From Gemmatimonadota bacterium (GTDB taxonomy: Bacteria; Gemmatimonadota; Gemmatimonadetes; Gemmatimonadales; GWC2-71-9), in NCBI GenBank assembly GCA_041487875.1, contig JBGPOE010000003.1, positions 12,398-76,397 of the forward strand: a DNA stretch of 64,000 bases. The letters run 5' to 3'. Both the position numbers and the translations under genes were made by a program. The notes beneath the pieces are model-generated. The model saw nothing but the letters and a program-made list of their open reading frames with translations. It ran no database searches and had not been told where the DNA came from. Positions 37,752-50,615 of the stretch are shown in pieces. Numbering within the stretch: the stretch's first letter is position 1; the number at the start of each line of letters is the position of its first letter.

Positions 37752-38773
37752 TCCAAGACGCTCTCAAGCGGCCGCTTGGCTCGCTGCGCGTGTCGGTCAC
37801 CGACCGCTGCAACCTGCGCTGCCGCTACTGCATGCCGGAAGAGGAATACGTGTGGCTGCCGCGCGCATCGCTGCTCACATTCGAGGAGATCGCGCGCCTC
37901 ACGCGGGTGTTCACGGGCTTGGGGGTCACCAAGGTCCGCCTCACTGGCGGCGAGCCCTTGCTGCGCCACGAGCTGCCGGCGCTGGTACGGCTGCTGCGCG
38001 ACAATGCAAGCGTCCGCGATCTCGCCCTCACCACCAACGGTGTCCTGCTCGCCAAGCATGCCGCGGCGCTGCGCGCCGCGGGCCTCAGCCGGGTGACCGT
38101 GAGCCTCGACACGCTGCGGCCCGAGCGGATGGAGGAATTCGCGCGGAGCGCCCGGCACGCCGACGTGCTCCTGGGGATTGCCGCGGCGCGGGCCGCTGGA
38201 TTCGAGCGCTTGAAGCTCAACACGGTGGTGGTACGGGGCTTCAACGACGATGAGATCGTCGACCTCATCGAGTTCGGCCGGGCGCACGCGGCCGAAGTCC
38301 GCTTCATCGAGTACATGGACGTCGGCGGGGCGACGCATTGGACGGCGGAGCAGGTCGTATCGCAGCGCGAGATGCTCGAGCGCCTGACCGCCCGGTACGA
38401 ATCCGTCACGCCCGTACGGGACGATGCCGATCCGCGCGCGCCGGCCGAGCGGTTCCGGCTGCCGGATGGCACGACCTTCGGCGTGATCGCGTCGGTCACG
38501 GCGCCCTTCTGCGCGAGCTGCGATCGCAGCCGGCTCACGGCCGACGGCACGTGGTTCCTGTGTCTCTATGCGGAGCGGGGCGTGGATCTGCGCGAGCCCT
38601 TGCGAGCTGGCGCGTCCGACGAAGATCTCGCCGCATTGATCAGCGACACGTGGCGCGCGCGCACCGATCGCGGCGCCGAGCAGCGGTTGAGCGTCGCCCA
38701 GCGCGGGGCGCTCTATCAGATCGACGCGTTGCGCGCCGACCCGCGCCGGGAAATGCACACGCGGGGCGGGTGA
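37748..38773 (+). CDS. moaA: GTP 3',8-cyclase (radical SAM)
   Basis: ORF 37700..38773 trimmed to GTG 37748, which forms a GTGA overlap. LRVSVTDRCNLRCRYCMP radical-SAM cluster, RLTGGEPLL, and C-terminal cluster FCASCDRSRLTADG. Confidence 0.9.
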   Translation: MIQDALKRPLGSLRVSVTDRCNLRCRYCMPEEEYVWLPRASLLTFEEIARLTRVFTGLGVTKVRLTGGEPLLRHELPALVRLLRDNASVRDLALTTNGVLLAKHAAALRAAGLSRVTVSLDTLRPERMEEFARSARHADVLLGIAAARAAGFERLKLNTVVVRGFNDDEIVDLIEFGRAHAAEVRFIEYMDVGGATHWTAEQVVSQREMLERLTARYESVTPVRDDADPRAPAERFRLPDGTTFGVIASVTAPFCASCDRSRLTADGTWFLCLYAERGVDLREPLRAGASDEDLAALISDTWRARTDRGAEQRLSVAQRGALYQIDALRADPRREMHTRGG

Positions 38774-38777
38774 GGGG

Positions 38778-41176
<2,399 letters not shown>

Positions 41177-41177
<1 letters not shown>

Positions 41178-43090
41178 TACTTGTAGCTCCGCTGGGCGAG
41201 GTGCACGTGCTCGAACTCGAGCGGCTCCTTCTCGAGCCGCGGCTCCTGGCCCACGCCGGTGAACTGCCACGCCGCGGCGAACGAGAAGCGCGCATCGTCG
41301 CGCTTGGCTTCGCCGTCGGGCGTTTGATACTCCTCGCGGAAATGGCCGCCGCACGACTCCTCACGCTGCAGCGCGTCGCGGCACATCAGCTCGGCAAATT
41401 CGAGGAAGTCGGCGACGCGGCCGGCCTTCTCGAGCGACTGGTTGAAGTCTTCACCCTTGCCGCCAACGTAAACGTCCTTCCAATAGCGCTCGCGCAGCTC
41501 CCGGATCGTGGTCATCGCCTGCCGCAGGCCGGCCGCGTTACGCGACATGCCGCAGGCGTTCCACAAGAGCGCCCCCAATTCGCGGTGAAACGAGTCCACG
41601 CTGCGGCTGCCGTTCGCGGCCAGGAGCTTCTGGGTGCGGTCGGCCACCTCGGCCTCGACGCGGCGGAACTCGGCGTGCTCAGGTGTGACCTTGCCGAGCT
41701 TCGCCTGGGCGAGGTAATCACCGATGGTGTAGGGCAGGATGAAGTAGCCGTCCGCCAGCCCCTGCATCAGGGCGCTCGCGCCCAGCCGGTTGGCGCCGTG
41801 GTCGGAGAAATTCGCTTCGCCGATCACGTGGAGGCCAGGGATCGTGCTCATGAGGTTGTAATCGACCCACAGGCCGCCCATGGCGTAGTGCGGCGCGGGG
41901 TAGATCTTCATCGGCACGCGGTAGGGATCCGCGCCCGTGATCCGCTCATACATCTCGAACAGGTTGCCGTAGCGCTCGGCGATGGCCTGGCGGCCCACGC
42001 GGCCGATGGCGTCGCGGAAGTCGAGGTAGACGCCGTGGCCGCCGGGCACCACGCTGTGTCCCGCATCGCACATTTCTTTGGCGCGGCGCGAGGCTACGTC
42101 GCGCGGCACCAGGTTACCGAAGCTCGGGTACATGCGCTCGAGGTAGTAATCGCGCTCGGCGTCGGGGATCTGATCGGGCGCGCGCGCGTCACCCGCGCGC
42201 TGGGGCACCCACACGCGGCCGTCGTTGCGGAGCGATTCGCTCATCAGCGTGAGCTTCGACTGGTGCTCGCCGTGCGCCGGGATGCAGGTCGGATGGATCT
42301 GCGTGAAGCAGGGGTTGGCGAACGCGGCGCCGCGCTTGTGCGCACGCCACGTGGCCGTGACGTTGCACCCTTTCGCGTTGGTCGAAAGGAAATACACGTT
42401 GGCGTAGCCGCCCGTGGCGAGCACGACGGCGTCGCCCGCGTGGGAGGAGATCTTGCCGGTGACGAGGTCGCGCACCACGATACCGCGCGCCTGGCCGTCG
42501 ATCACCACCACGTCGAGCATCTCGGCGCGCGGATACATCGCCACCTGGCCGATGCCGATCTGGCGTTCCAGCGCCTGGTAGGCGCCGAGCAGCAGCTGCT
42601 GGCCGGTCTGCCCGCGGGCGTAGAACGTGCGGGACACCTGCGCGCCGCCGAACGAGCGGTTGGCGAGCAGGCCGCCGTAGTCGCGCGCGAACGGCACGCC
42701 CTGCGCCACGCACTGATCGATGATGTTGACGCTGATCTGCGCCAGGCGGTACACATTCGCCTCGCGCGAGCGGAAGTCGCCGCCCTTCACCGTGTCGTAG
42801 AACAGCCGCCAGATCGAGTCGCCGTCGTTCTGATAGTTCTTCGCCGCGTTGATGCCGCCCTGCGCCGCGATCGAGTGCGCGCGGCGCGGACTGTCCTGGA
42901 AGCAGAAGCAGGAGACCCGGTAGCCCAGCTCCGCCAGCGACGCCGCAGCCGACGCACCCGCCAGGCCCGACCCCACGACGATGACGTGGAATTTCCGCTT
43001 GTTCGCCGGGTTGACGAGCTTCATCTCGAAGCGGTGGGTGTCCCACTTCTGCTGGATCGGGCCGCCGGGCACGCGCGATTGCAGGGTCAT
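41177..43090 (-). CDS. sdhA: succinate dehydrogenase/fumarate reductase flavoprotein subunit (type B, Bacillus/Wolinella-like)
   Basis: ORF 41177..43090, 637 aa. [29 protein letters not shown] (FAD-His region), [10 protein letters not shown]. Confidence 0.9.
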
Positions 43091-43093
43091 GGC

Positions 43094-43771
43094 TTAGCGC
43101 ACCGCCCCGGCGAGGACCGCGGCGGGAACCGCGATGAACCCGCCCGCCACCGCCAGACTGAAGACCAGCGCGGCGCCGCGGCGCCAGCGGTTGTACTTGG
43201 GATGATTGAGGCCCAGCGTCTGGCAGCCGGAATAGATGCCGTGGTACATGTGGAGGCAGAGCACGACCATCGCGCCGACGTAGGCGACGGCCACCGGCAC
43301 ACGCGTGAAGCTCGCCACGAGGTTGTGATAGACGTCGCCCGGAAGGAAGCTCGGGTTCGCCTTGCCGAACGTCAGATCCAGGAGGTGAAACACGACATAG
43401 AGGAGAATGATGACGCCGCCCCAGCGCATCGTGCGGGCGGCGTACGTTGTCTCGATCAGGTCGAGCCGGCGGTAGCCGTCCGGCCGTGCCGCCCAGCTGG
43501 CGCGCGTGACCACCCACGCCGCCCAGATGTGCAATCCCACCGACGCGAGCAGAATGATGCGCGCGATCCACAGGAGCTGACCGCGCCCGAAGAACGGCGC
43601 GCCCATCGTGCGCAGTCCTTCCGCGTACGCGTTGAAATGCTCGGGCCCCTGGAAGACCTTCAAGTTGCCGATCATGTGCGCCAGCACGAAGCCGAGCAGG
43701 ATGACGCCCGTCGCGGCCATGATGACTTTCTTGCCGACGAGCGATCCGACCAGGCGCTGCACACGGGACAT
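43094..43771 (-). CDS. sdhC: succinate dehydrogenase cytochrome b subunit (single five-helix, di-haem type)
   Basis: ORF 43094..44026 trimmed to ATG 43771-43769 (MSRVQRLVGS). Five hydrophobic helices with conserved His in LAHMIGNL, GLHIWAAW, VFHLLDL and LHMYHGI. Confidence 0.75.
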   Translation of the reverse strand: MSRVQRLVGSLVGKKVIMAATGVILLGFVLAHMIGNLKVFQGPEHFNAYAEGLRTMGAPFFGRGQLLWIARIILLASVGLHIWAAWVVTRASWAARPDGYRRLDLIETTYAARTMRWGGVIILLYVVFHLLDLTFGKANPSFLPGDVYHNLVASFTRVPVAVAYVGAMVVLCLHMYHGIYSGCQTLGLNHPKYNRWRRGAALVFSLAVAGGFIAVPAAVLAGAVR

Positions 43772-43916
43772 CGCGGCTCCCAGAGAGCGGGTGAGAACGG
43801 ACAGATGATACCTGCGACGAGGCATCGGGAGCAAGGGAACGGCCGCGGAGCAGCCGGTGTTACTTTGGTGGACTCTCGCGTGGCGGACACAGTGCTGTCG
43901 GGATCGGAGTGACACG

Positions 43917-45158
43917 ATGACCGCACGGCCGCGGGTGGTCGTGGTGGGCGGAGGGTTCGGCGGACTGCGAGTCGCCCGCGCGCTGGCGCGCGCGCCGGTG
44001 GACGTCGTCCTGCTCGACCGGCACAACTATCACCTGTTCCAGCCGCTGCTCTATCAGGTCGCCACCGCGGGGCTCGAGCCCGAATCCATCGCCCGCCCGG
44101 TGCGCACCATCCTGCGCAAACAGCGCAACTTCGATTTCCGCCTTGCTGAGGTGACCGGCGCGGACCTGGCGCGGCGCGAGCTCGCGACCGACGGCGGCCC
44201 CGTCAGCTACGACTTCCTGGTGCTCGCGATGGGCGGCGAGACGAATTACTTCGGCCTCGACGGCCTGCAACACCATGCGCTCGGACTCAAGGACATCGAC
44301 GAGGCGGAGCTGATCAAGAACCGCGTGCTGGCGTCCTTCGAGCACGCGATGGTGGAACCCGTGGCCGAGCGCCGTCGCGCCCTGCTCACGTTCGTCGTGG
44401 TGGGCGGGGGCCCCACGGGCATCGAGATGGCCGGCGCCCTGTCCGAGCTGATCCGCCTGGTCCTCGTGAAGGACTATCCGCGGCTCAACGTGAAGGACGT
44501 GCGGGTGCTCTTGCTCGAAGCGACCGACCGTCTCCTCGCCGCCGTGCCGGCGCCGCTCGCCGACGCGGCCGCGCGGACGTTGTGGAGCAAGATGGTCGAG
44601 GTGCGCTACGGCGCGGCCGTCGCGGACTACGACGGCGACACCGTCCGCCTGAAGGGGGGCGAGGCGATCCCGGCCCGCACGCTCATCTGGGCGGCGGGCG
44701 TGCGCGCCGCGAGTCTTGCCGCGAAACTCGGCCTCCCCACCGCGGGGCAGGGCCGCGTTCGGGTGCAGCCCACGCTCCAGGTAACGGGGCACCCCGAGGT
44801 GTACGTGATCGGTGACGCCGCATATGTGGAGAGCGGCGGGCAGCCGCTGCCGATGGTGGCGCCCGTGGCGATCCAAATGGCACAGGTAGCGGCGGACAAT
44901 ATCCAGCGCCACCTGCGGGGCGAGCCGCCGGTGGTATTCCAGTTTCGCGACCCGGGCACCCTCGCCACGATCGGTCGCAACGCCGCGGTGGCTTACATCC
45001 ACGGCATCTCGTTCCGCGGTTTTCCCGCGTGGGTCGTCTGGCTGGTGGTGCACTTGATCCAGCTCATCGGCTTCCGCAACAAGCTGGTGGTGCTCATCAA
45101 CTGGGCGTGGGATTACTTCGCCTACGAGCGCGCCGCGCGCCTGATCACGCGGCCTTAG
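43917..45158 (+). CDS. ndh: type II NADH:quinone oxidoreductase (NDH-2)
   Basis: ORF 43857..45158 trimmed to ATG 43917. VVVVGGGFGGL, NYHLFQPLLYQVA, second dinucleotide fold VVVGGGPTGIEMAG, IGDAA. Confidence 0.85.
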   Translation: MTARPRVVVVGGGFGGLRVARALARAPVDVVLLDRHNYHLFQPLLYQVATAGLEPESIARPVRTILRKQRNFDFRLAEVTGADLARRELATDGGPVSYDFLVLAMGGETNYFGLDGLQHHALGLKDIDEAELIKNRVLASFEHAMVEPVAERRRALLTFVVVGGGPTGIEMAGALSELIRLVLVKDYPRLNVKDVRVLLLEATDRLLAAVPAPLADAAARTLWSKMVEVRYGAAVADYDGDTVRLKGGEAIPARTLIWAAGVRAASLAAKLGLPTAGQGRVRVQPTLQVTGHPEVYVIGDAAYVESGGQPLPMVAPVAIQMAQVAADNIQRHLRGEPPVVFQFRDPGTLATIGRNAAVAYIHGISFRGFPAWVVWLVVHLIQLIGFRNKLVVLINWAWDYFAYERAARLITRP

Positions 45159-45421
45159 CGGGTCGAGCGGACTCCCGAGTGGGTGGGCGCCGGCGCCGGC
45201 CCGCGCCGCACCACGCCGTTCCAGCCGCACGACAGGCACCAGCGCCGCTGCAGCCCCGGCAGGCAGCGGTCGAGCAGCGCGTGGCGCACGGGCAGCATGT
45301 CCATGTCGCAATGCGGGCACGCGGGCCCCCGCGGCACCAGGAAATACGCCACGCCGAGCACCATTGCCAGCCGCAGCAGCACCGTCGCAAACAGCACCGC
45401 GACGATCACCCAGTCGTCCAT
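45155..45421 (-). CDS. small membrane-anchored zinc-ribbon protein (hypothetical)
   Basis: Tail of ORF 45155..46303, trimmed to ATG 45421-45419. MDDWVIVAVLFATVLLRLAMVLGVAYFLV helix, then CPHC...CLSC. Third codon positions are G/C-rich like real genes. No family recognised. Confidence 0.4.
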   Translation of the reverse strand: MDDWVIVAVLFATVLLRLAMVLGVAYFLVPRGPACPHCDMDMLPVRHALLDRCLPGLQRRWCLSCGWNGVVRRGPAPAPTHSGVRSTR

Positions 45422-45595
45422 ACGCACAATGTGGTGCGACGAGCGCGACGGGCGCAACGCGGGCCGCGCTCTGGACGCGCTCTCAGGTCCCGGCGTAACT
45501 TGAGCGCCCCGATAGAGCCGCAGCGCGGGGTCGCGGCCGCGCGTAGGGCAGATAGCTTCGCGCCCGGTGTCGCCGTACACTCTCGGAGGGAACGC

Positions 45596-48052
45596 ATGCG
45601 CTCGTCGCTCGCTCGCGCTTCGCTGCTGTGCGCCGTCGTCCTGCCGTACGCCCTGCTCGGCCAGAACCCGCCCGCGCCCCCCCAGCGGCCCGAGCGGCCG
45701 GCCGAAGGCCCCAAACCCTACGCGCAGGTGATCACCGCCGAAGCCACCAACGACACGGGCGTGTTCATCGTCCACCGCCTCGCCGAGAAGCTGTACTTCG
45801 AGATCCCGCGCGCCGCCTTGGAGCGGCCGTTCTTGTTGGTGGCGCGCTACAGCGCCACGCCCGCCGGCACGCGCTACGCGGGCGAAGAGCTGAATGACCG
45901 TGTCGTCCGCTGGCAACGAGTGGGGAACCGCGTCCTGCTGCGCAACGTGAGCTACACGGTGGTAGCCGACTCGACGGCCCCGGTATCGCGGGCGGTGCAG
46001 CTCTCCAACTTCGAGCCCGTGATCCAAAGCTTCAACGTGGCGGCGTACAGCCCCAACGCGGACAGCAACGCGGTGATCGACGTCACTCCGCTGTACACCA
46101 CCGACGTGCCCGAGCTGTCGGCGCGGCGTGCGCTGCGCGCCCGCCGTCTCGACCCCGCGCGCTCGCTGATCGAGCGGGCCGTCACGTTCCCCACCAACGT
46201 CGAAGTCGAGGCGCTCCAGACGTACGAGATGGCGGATTCGGGTGGGCCGGGCGCCGGCCCCTTCGGCGGCGGCGAGAGCAGCAGCGCGTCGGCGCTGGTC
46301 CACTACTCAATGGTGCTGCTCCCCGCGCGCCTGATGAAGCCGCGCCTGTGCGACAACCGCGTCGGCTACTTCTCGGTGACACAGAGCGACTACGGCACCG
46401 ACGAGCACCGCGTCGCCCAGAAGTGCTACATCACGCGCTGGCGTCTCGAGCCCAAGGATCCGTCGGCCGCCGTGAGCGATCCGGTGAAGCCGATCATCTT
46501 CTACATCGACCCCGCGACACCCGCGAAGTGGGTGCCATGGCTCAAGAAGGGGATTGAGAGCTGGGAGCCCTTGTTCCGCGCTGCGGGCCTCTCGAACGCG
46601 ATTCAAGCCCGGATGGCGCCCACGGCGGCCGAGGACCCGCGCTTCTCGCTCGAAGACGCCCGCTACTCGTCGGTCCGCTGGCTGCCGTCGCCGATCGAGA
46701 ACGCGTATGGGCCGCACATCTCGGACCCCCGCACCGGCGAGATCCTGCAGACCTCCATCGGGTTCTATCACAACGTGATGAACCTGGTGCGCGACTGGTA
46801 CTTCGTGCAGGCCGGGCCCATGGATCCGCGCGCCAAGATCCTGCCTCTGCCCGATTCATTGATGGGCGAATTCCTCGCCTACGTGGTGGCGCACGAGGTC
46901 GGACACACGCTCGGCTTCCCGCACAACATGAAGTCCTCCGCTTCCTATCCGGTCGATTCCCTGCGCAGCCGCACGTTCACGGCGCGCTACGGCGACGAAG
47001 CCTCGATCATGGACTACGGCCGCTTCAACTACGTGTCCCAGCCCGGCGACGGAGCGCGCCTCATTCCGATCCAGGGACCCTACGATTACTACGCGATCAA
47101 CTGGGGTTACCGCCCGCTGCCGGCCGCGGCGACGCCGGACGCGGAGCGGCCCATCCTCGACTCGCTGGCGCGCTTGCAGGATCGCAATCCGATGCTGCGC
47201 TTCGGCAACGCCGACGGCATCGATCCGGAGGCGCAAACCGAGGATCTCGGATCCGACCCCATCGCGGCCACGACCCTCGGCCTGCGGAATCTCGAGCGCG
47301 TCATGCCGCTGCTCTTGCCCGCCACCACCACCGACCGCCTCAAGGATTACGACGACCTGAACGAGATGTACGACCAGGTCCTGGGCCAGTGGCAGCGCGA
47401 GCTGGGGCACGTGGTGACGCTGGTGGGCGGCGTGTACCGCGCCGAGCACTATCCCGACCAGCCGGGACCGATCTTCACGCCGGCCTCGCGCGCGCGGCAG
47501 CAAGCGGCCGTGGCCTTCTTGAACGACCGCGCCTTCCGCACGCCGGAGTTCCTGCTCGACCAGGACGTGTTGCGCCGAGTGAAGCAATCGGGCGTGGTGG
47601 ACCAGATCAGCCGCGCGCAAACGGCGCTGCTCGCCGCGCTGTTCAACGACAGCCGCATGAACCGTCTGGTGGAGCAGGAGGCAATGGCGACGGCCGCGGC
47701 GCCGGCGTACCGCCTCAGCGACCTGTTGGGCGACGTGCGGCGCGGCCTGTTCACCGAGCTTAGGCGGGGCACCGCCATCGAGGTCTACCGCCGCAACCTG
47801 CAGCGCAACTTCATCACGCTGCTCACCGACAAGCTCGCGCCGACGCCGCCGCCCCCGCCCGTGCCGCCGTTCCCGGGGTTCATTCCGCCGGCGCCGCGGC
47901 CCGATGAGGCGCGCGCGATGATTCGCGGCGAGCTGCGCGATCTCGACGCCGCGCTCGCGACCGCCCTTCCCAAAGTGACCGATCGCGAAACGCGGGTGCA
48001 CCTGCAGGACCTGCGGTTCCGGATCGATCAGGCCCTTCACCCCAAGACGTGA
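45596..48052 (+). CDS. secreted zinc-dependent metalloprotease (HExxHxxGxxH; DUF4953/DUF5117-type as I recall)
   Basis: ORF 45029..48052 trimmed to ATG 45596, with GGAGGG upstream. Signal peptide SLLCAVVLPYALLGQ; zinc site VVAHEVGHTLGFPHN. Confidence 0.75.
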   Translation: MRSSLARASLLCAVVLPYALLGQNPPAPPQRPERPAEGPKPYAQVITAEATNDTGVFIVHRLAEKLYFEIPRAALERPFLLVARYSATPAGTRYAGEELNDRVVRWQRVGNRVLLRNVSYTVVADSTAPVSRAVQLSNFEPVIQSFNVAAYSPNADSNAVIDVTPLYTTDVPELSARRALRARRLDPARSLIERAVTFPTNVEVEALQTYEMADSGGPGAGPFGGGESSSASALVHYSMVLLPARLMKPRLCDNRVGYFSVTQSDYGTDEHRVAQKCYITRWRLEPKDPSAAVSDPVKPIIFYIDPATPAKWVPWLKKGIESWEPLFRAAGLSNAIQARMAPTAAEDPRFSLEDARYSSVRWLPSPIENAYGPHISDPRTGEILQTSIGFYHNVMNLVRDWYFVQAGPMDPRAKILPLPDSLMGEFLAYVVAHEVGHTLGFPHNMKSSASYPVDSLRSRTFTARYGDEASIMDYGRFNYVSQPGDGARLIPIQGPYDYYAINWGYRPLPAAATPDAERPILDSLARLQDRNPMLRFGNADGIDPEAQTEDLGSDPIAATTLGLRNLERVMPLLLPATTTDRLKDYDDLNEMYDQVLGQWQRELGHVVTLVGGVYRAEHYPDQPGPIFTPASRARQQAAVAFLNDRAFRTPEFLLDQDVLRRVKQSGVVDQISRAQTALLAALFNDSRMNRLVEQEAMATAAAPAYRLSDLLGDVRRGLFTELRRGTAIEVYRRNLQRNFITLLTDKLAPTPPPPPVPPFPGFIPPAPRPDEARAMIRGELRDLDAALATALPKVTDRETRVHLQDLRFRIDQALHPKT

Positions 48053-50136
48053 GCCTTCGCATGCGCCCGACGTACTTCGCTCTGCTCACGCTCGGCGCCG
48101 TCACCACGGCCGCCGCGCAAACCCCGCTCGGCTTCTCGAGCGCCGCCGCCGCGCATGAAGACAGCGTGGAGCGGCTGCTCCTCGCCGTGCCCGATACCGC
48201 GAGCGCGCGGGCGTTCTCGCGCGACCTGAGCGCACGGCCGCACGTCGCGGGCACGCCCGCGCAGGCCGTGACGCGCGACTACGTGTTGGCGAAGCTGCGC
48301 GCGTGGGGCCTGGACAGCGTGTGGAGCCAGGCGTACGACGTCTACATCCCGTGGCCCGAGACGGTCCAGGCATGGGTCATCCCGAGCGCCGGCGCCGCGC
48401 CGCAGCGCCTCGCGGTAGGGGAGCCCCTGCTCGCGGCGACGCCCGGGCCCGCCGTGCCGCCCTTCAACGGCTACACCGGCGACGGCGACGTCACCGCCCC
48501 AGTGGTCTACGTCAATTACGGCCTGATCGACGACTACAAGGTCCTCGATTCGCTGGGCGTGAGCGTCAAGGGCAGGATCGCGATCGCGCGCTATGGGCGC
48601 TCGTTCCGCGGCATCAAGGCGCGCGAAGCCGAGCGCCACGGCGCCGTCGGCTTGATCATCTACTCCGATCCGCAGGACGACGGGTATTTCCGCGGCGACG
48701 TCTATCCCAAAGGGCCGTTGCGGCCGCCGTTCGGCATCCAGCGCGGCTCGATTCTCAACGTCAACGGCGACCCCACGACACCCGGCTACGCGTCACTTCC
48801 GGGCGCGCGCCGCGTGCCCGAAGAGTCGCTCCCGGTACCGCACATTCCGGTGATGCCGATGGGCTACGGCAACGCCCAGAAGATTCTCGGCCTCCTGGCG
48901 GGCGCGTCCGTGCCGCAGGGTTGGCAGGGGGCGCTGCCGTTCCGCTACCATGTGGGGTCGGGCCCCGTACGCGTCCACTTGCTGGTCCGGCGCGAGCACG
49001 GCGCCCGGGCGATGCACCCGATCTGGGACACGTTCGGCATGATCCGCGGCGCCACGACCCCCGATGAGTGGGTGATCGTGGGCGGGCACCGCGACGCCTG
49101 GACGCCCGGCACCGCCGACAATATCTCCGGCACCGTCACGGTGCTCGAGGCGGCGCGCGCGTTCGCGCAGCTCGCGCGCCAGGGGATCCGGCCCGCCCGC
49201 ACGCTGATCTTCGCCACGTGGGACGCGGAGGAGTGGGGGTTGATCGGCTCGACCGAATGGGCGGAGCAGATGGAAGATCAGTTGCGCGCGCACGCGGTCG
49301 CCTACATCAACGAGGACGACGTCACCCAGGGACTCAACTTCGGCGGCGACGGCTCACCCTCGCTCAAGCGCCTGATCCGCGACGCGGCCCGCGTGGTGCC
49401 CGATCCGTCGGGGACCGGCACCGTGTTCGCCGCCTGGGTGAAGCGCACCAAGGGCGACAGCGGACTCGGCAACATGGGCGGCGGCTCGGACTTCCAGGGC
49501 TTCTATCATCACATCGGCATCCCGTCGGGCGGCGTGGGGTTCGGCGGCCCCAGCGGCGTGTATCACTCGATGTACGACTCGTACGACTGGATGATCCGGT
49601 TCGGCGACAAGGGCTACCGCGAGCACCAGGCCACCGCGCGACTCGTGAGCGTCATGATGGCGCGGCTGGGCGACGCCCAGGTGGTGCCGCTTGACTACAC
49701 GGGCTTCGGCACCGAGATGACGGGGCTCGTGGCCGAGCTCGACAGCGGCATCGCCAAGAAGGGATGGACCGTCAGCACCCAAGGGCTGAAGGACGCGCTG
49801 GGGCGGTTCACCGACGCGGCGCGGGCGTTCGCCACCGCGCGTGACAGCGTGCTCGCCGCCGGCGCGGCCAGGCCGTGGGGGCCCGTCAACGCCGCGCTGA
49901 TGCAAGTGGAGCGCCGGCTCACGCGGCCTGAGGGACTCAAGTCCAACAGCTGGTTCAAGAGCCTGCAATTCGCATCGGACGTGGACAACGGCTACGCCAC
50001 CCTCGCGTTTCCCTCGGTGGCCGAAGCGATCCGCTACGCCGACGCCGCGACCACCGCGCGCGAGCTGGCCGATCTGGCCGCCCGCGTGGACCAGGCCCGC
50101 GCCGCGCTGGAGGAGGCGCGCGCGGCCCTGCGCTAG
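48049..50136 (+). CDS. M28-family peptidase with PA domain and transferrin-receptor-like dimerisation domain (glutamate carboxypeptidase II-like)
   Basis: ORF 48049..50136 with GTGA overlap. Signal peptide ALLTLGAVTTAAAQ; PA region VVYVNYGLIDDY...GRIAIARYG; GGHRDAWTPGTADNISG, FATWDAEEWGLIGSTEW. Confidence 0.8.
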   Translation: MSLRMRPTYFALLTLGAVTTAAAQTPLGFSSAAAAHEDSVERLLLAVPDTASARAFSRDLSARPHVAGTPAQAVTRDYVLAKLRAWGLDSVWSQAYDVYIPWPETVQAWVIPSAGAAPQRLAVGEPLLAATPGPAVPPFNGYTGDGDVTAPVVYVNYGLIDDYKVLDSLGVSVKGRIAIARYGRSFRGIKAREAERHGAVGLIIYSDPQDDGYFRGDVYPKGPLRPPFGIQRGSILNVNGDPTTPGYASLPGARRVPEESLPVPHIPVMPMGYGNAQKILGLLAGASVPQGWQGALPFRYHVGSGPVRVHLLVRREHGARAMHPIWDTFGMIRGATTPDEWVIVGGHRDAWTPGTADNISGTVTVLEAARAFAQLARQGIRPARTLIFATWDAEEWGLIGSTEWAEQMEDQLRAHAVAYINEDDVTQGLNFGGDGSPSLKRLIRDAARVVPDPSGTGTVFAAWVKRTKGDSGLGNMGGGSDFQGFYHHIGIPSGGVGFGGPSGVYHSMYDSYDWMIRFGDKGYREHQATARLVSVMMARLGDAQVVPLDYTGFGTEMTGLVAELDSGIAKKGWTVSTQGLKDALGRFTDAARAFATARDSVLAAGAARPWGPVNAALMQVERRLTRPEGLKSNSWFKSLQFASDVDNGYATLAFPSVAEAIRYADAATTARELADLAARVDQARAALEEARAALR

Positions 50137-50183
50137 CGCGCGGGCACGCCCGCACGCAAATTCCCGGCAGCAGGGAGACAGCC

Positions 50184-50615
50184 ATGGCGAATGCAGCGGG
50201 AGAACAGACGCGGGTCATCGTGTGGTACGCGGTGTGGGCGACCATCTGCGCGGCAGGGGCCGGCCTGCTCGCGTCGCTCGTGCACACCTGGTTCTTCAGC
50301 TACACCCCCGGCCGCTCGGCGCTCGTCGAAACGCTCGTGCGCGACCTGGTCGTGGCGCTGGCGATCGCGGCGGGGCAGGGCGCCGTGGCGCTCGCCACCG
50401 GGAGCGTCCTCGCGCGCATGGGGCGCGTCCTCCAAGGCACCGTGCTGCTGGGCTTGATCCTGTTCGCGTTCGACTTCGTGATGGATTTTCTGCAGATGGC
50501 CGTGCCGGCCCTGGAAGCGGGGTGGGTGCCGGATCTCATCATCCTGGCAGCGGCCGCCGTGCTGATCACGCTGTGGGGCGCCCGGAAGCAGGAGGCTACA
50601 ACTTCGGCAACGTAA
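50184..50615 (+). CDS. hypothetical integral membrane protein (about four TM helices)
   Basis: ORF 50184..50615, 143 aa, with GGGAGA upstream. The sequence is hydrophobic throughout. Its 3' end overlaps the dcd 3' end by 20 nt. Confidence 0.5.
   Translation: MANAAGEQTRVIVWYAVWATICAAGAGLLASLVHTWFFSYTPGRSALVETLVRDLVVALAIAAGQGAVALATGSVLARMGRVLQGTVLLGLILFAFDFVMDFLQMAVPALEAGWVPDLIILAAAAVLITLWGARKQEATTSAT

Noticed and set aside
41201-43912. 903-aa ORF on the plus strand
   Set aside because: It is antisense to sdhA/sdhC, which have unmistakable motifs. Same high-GC artefact.
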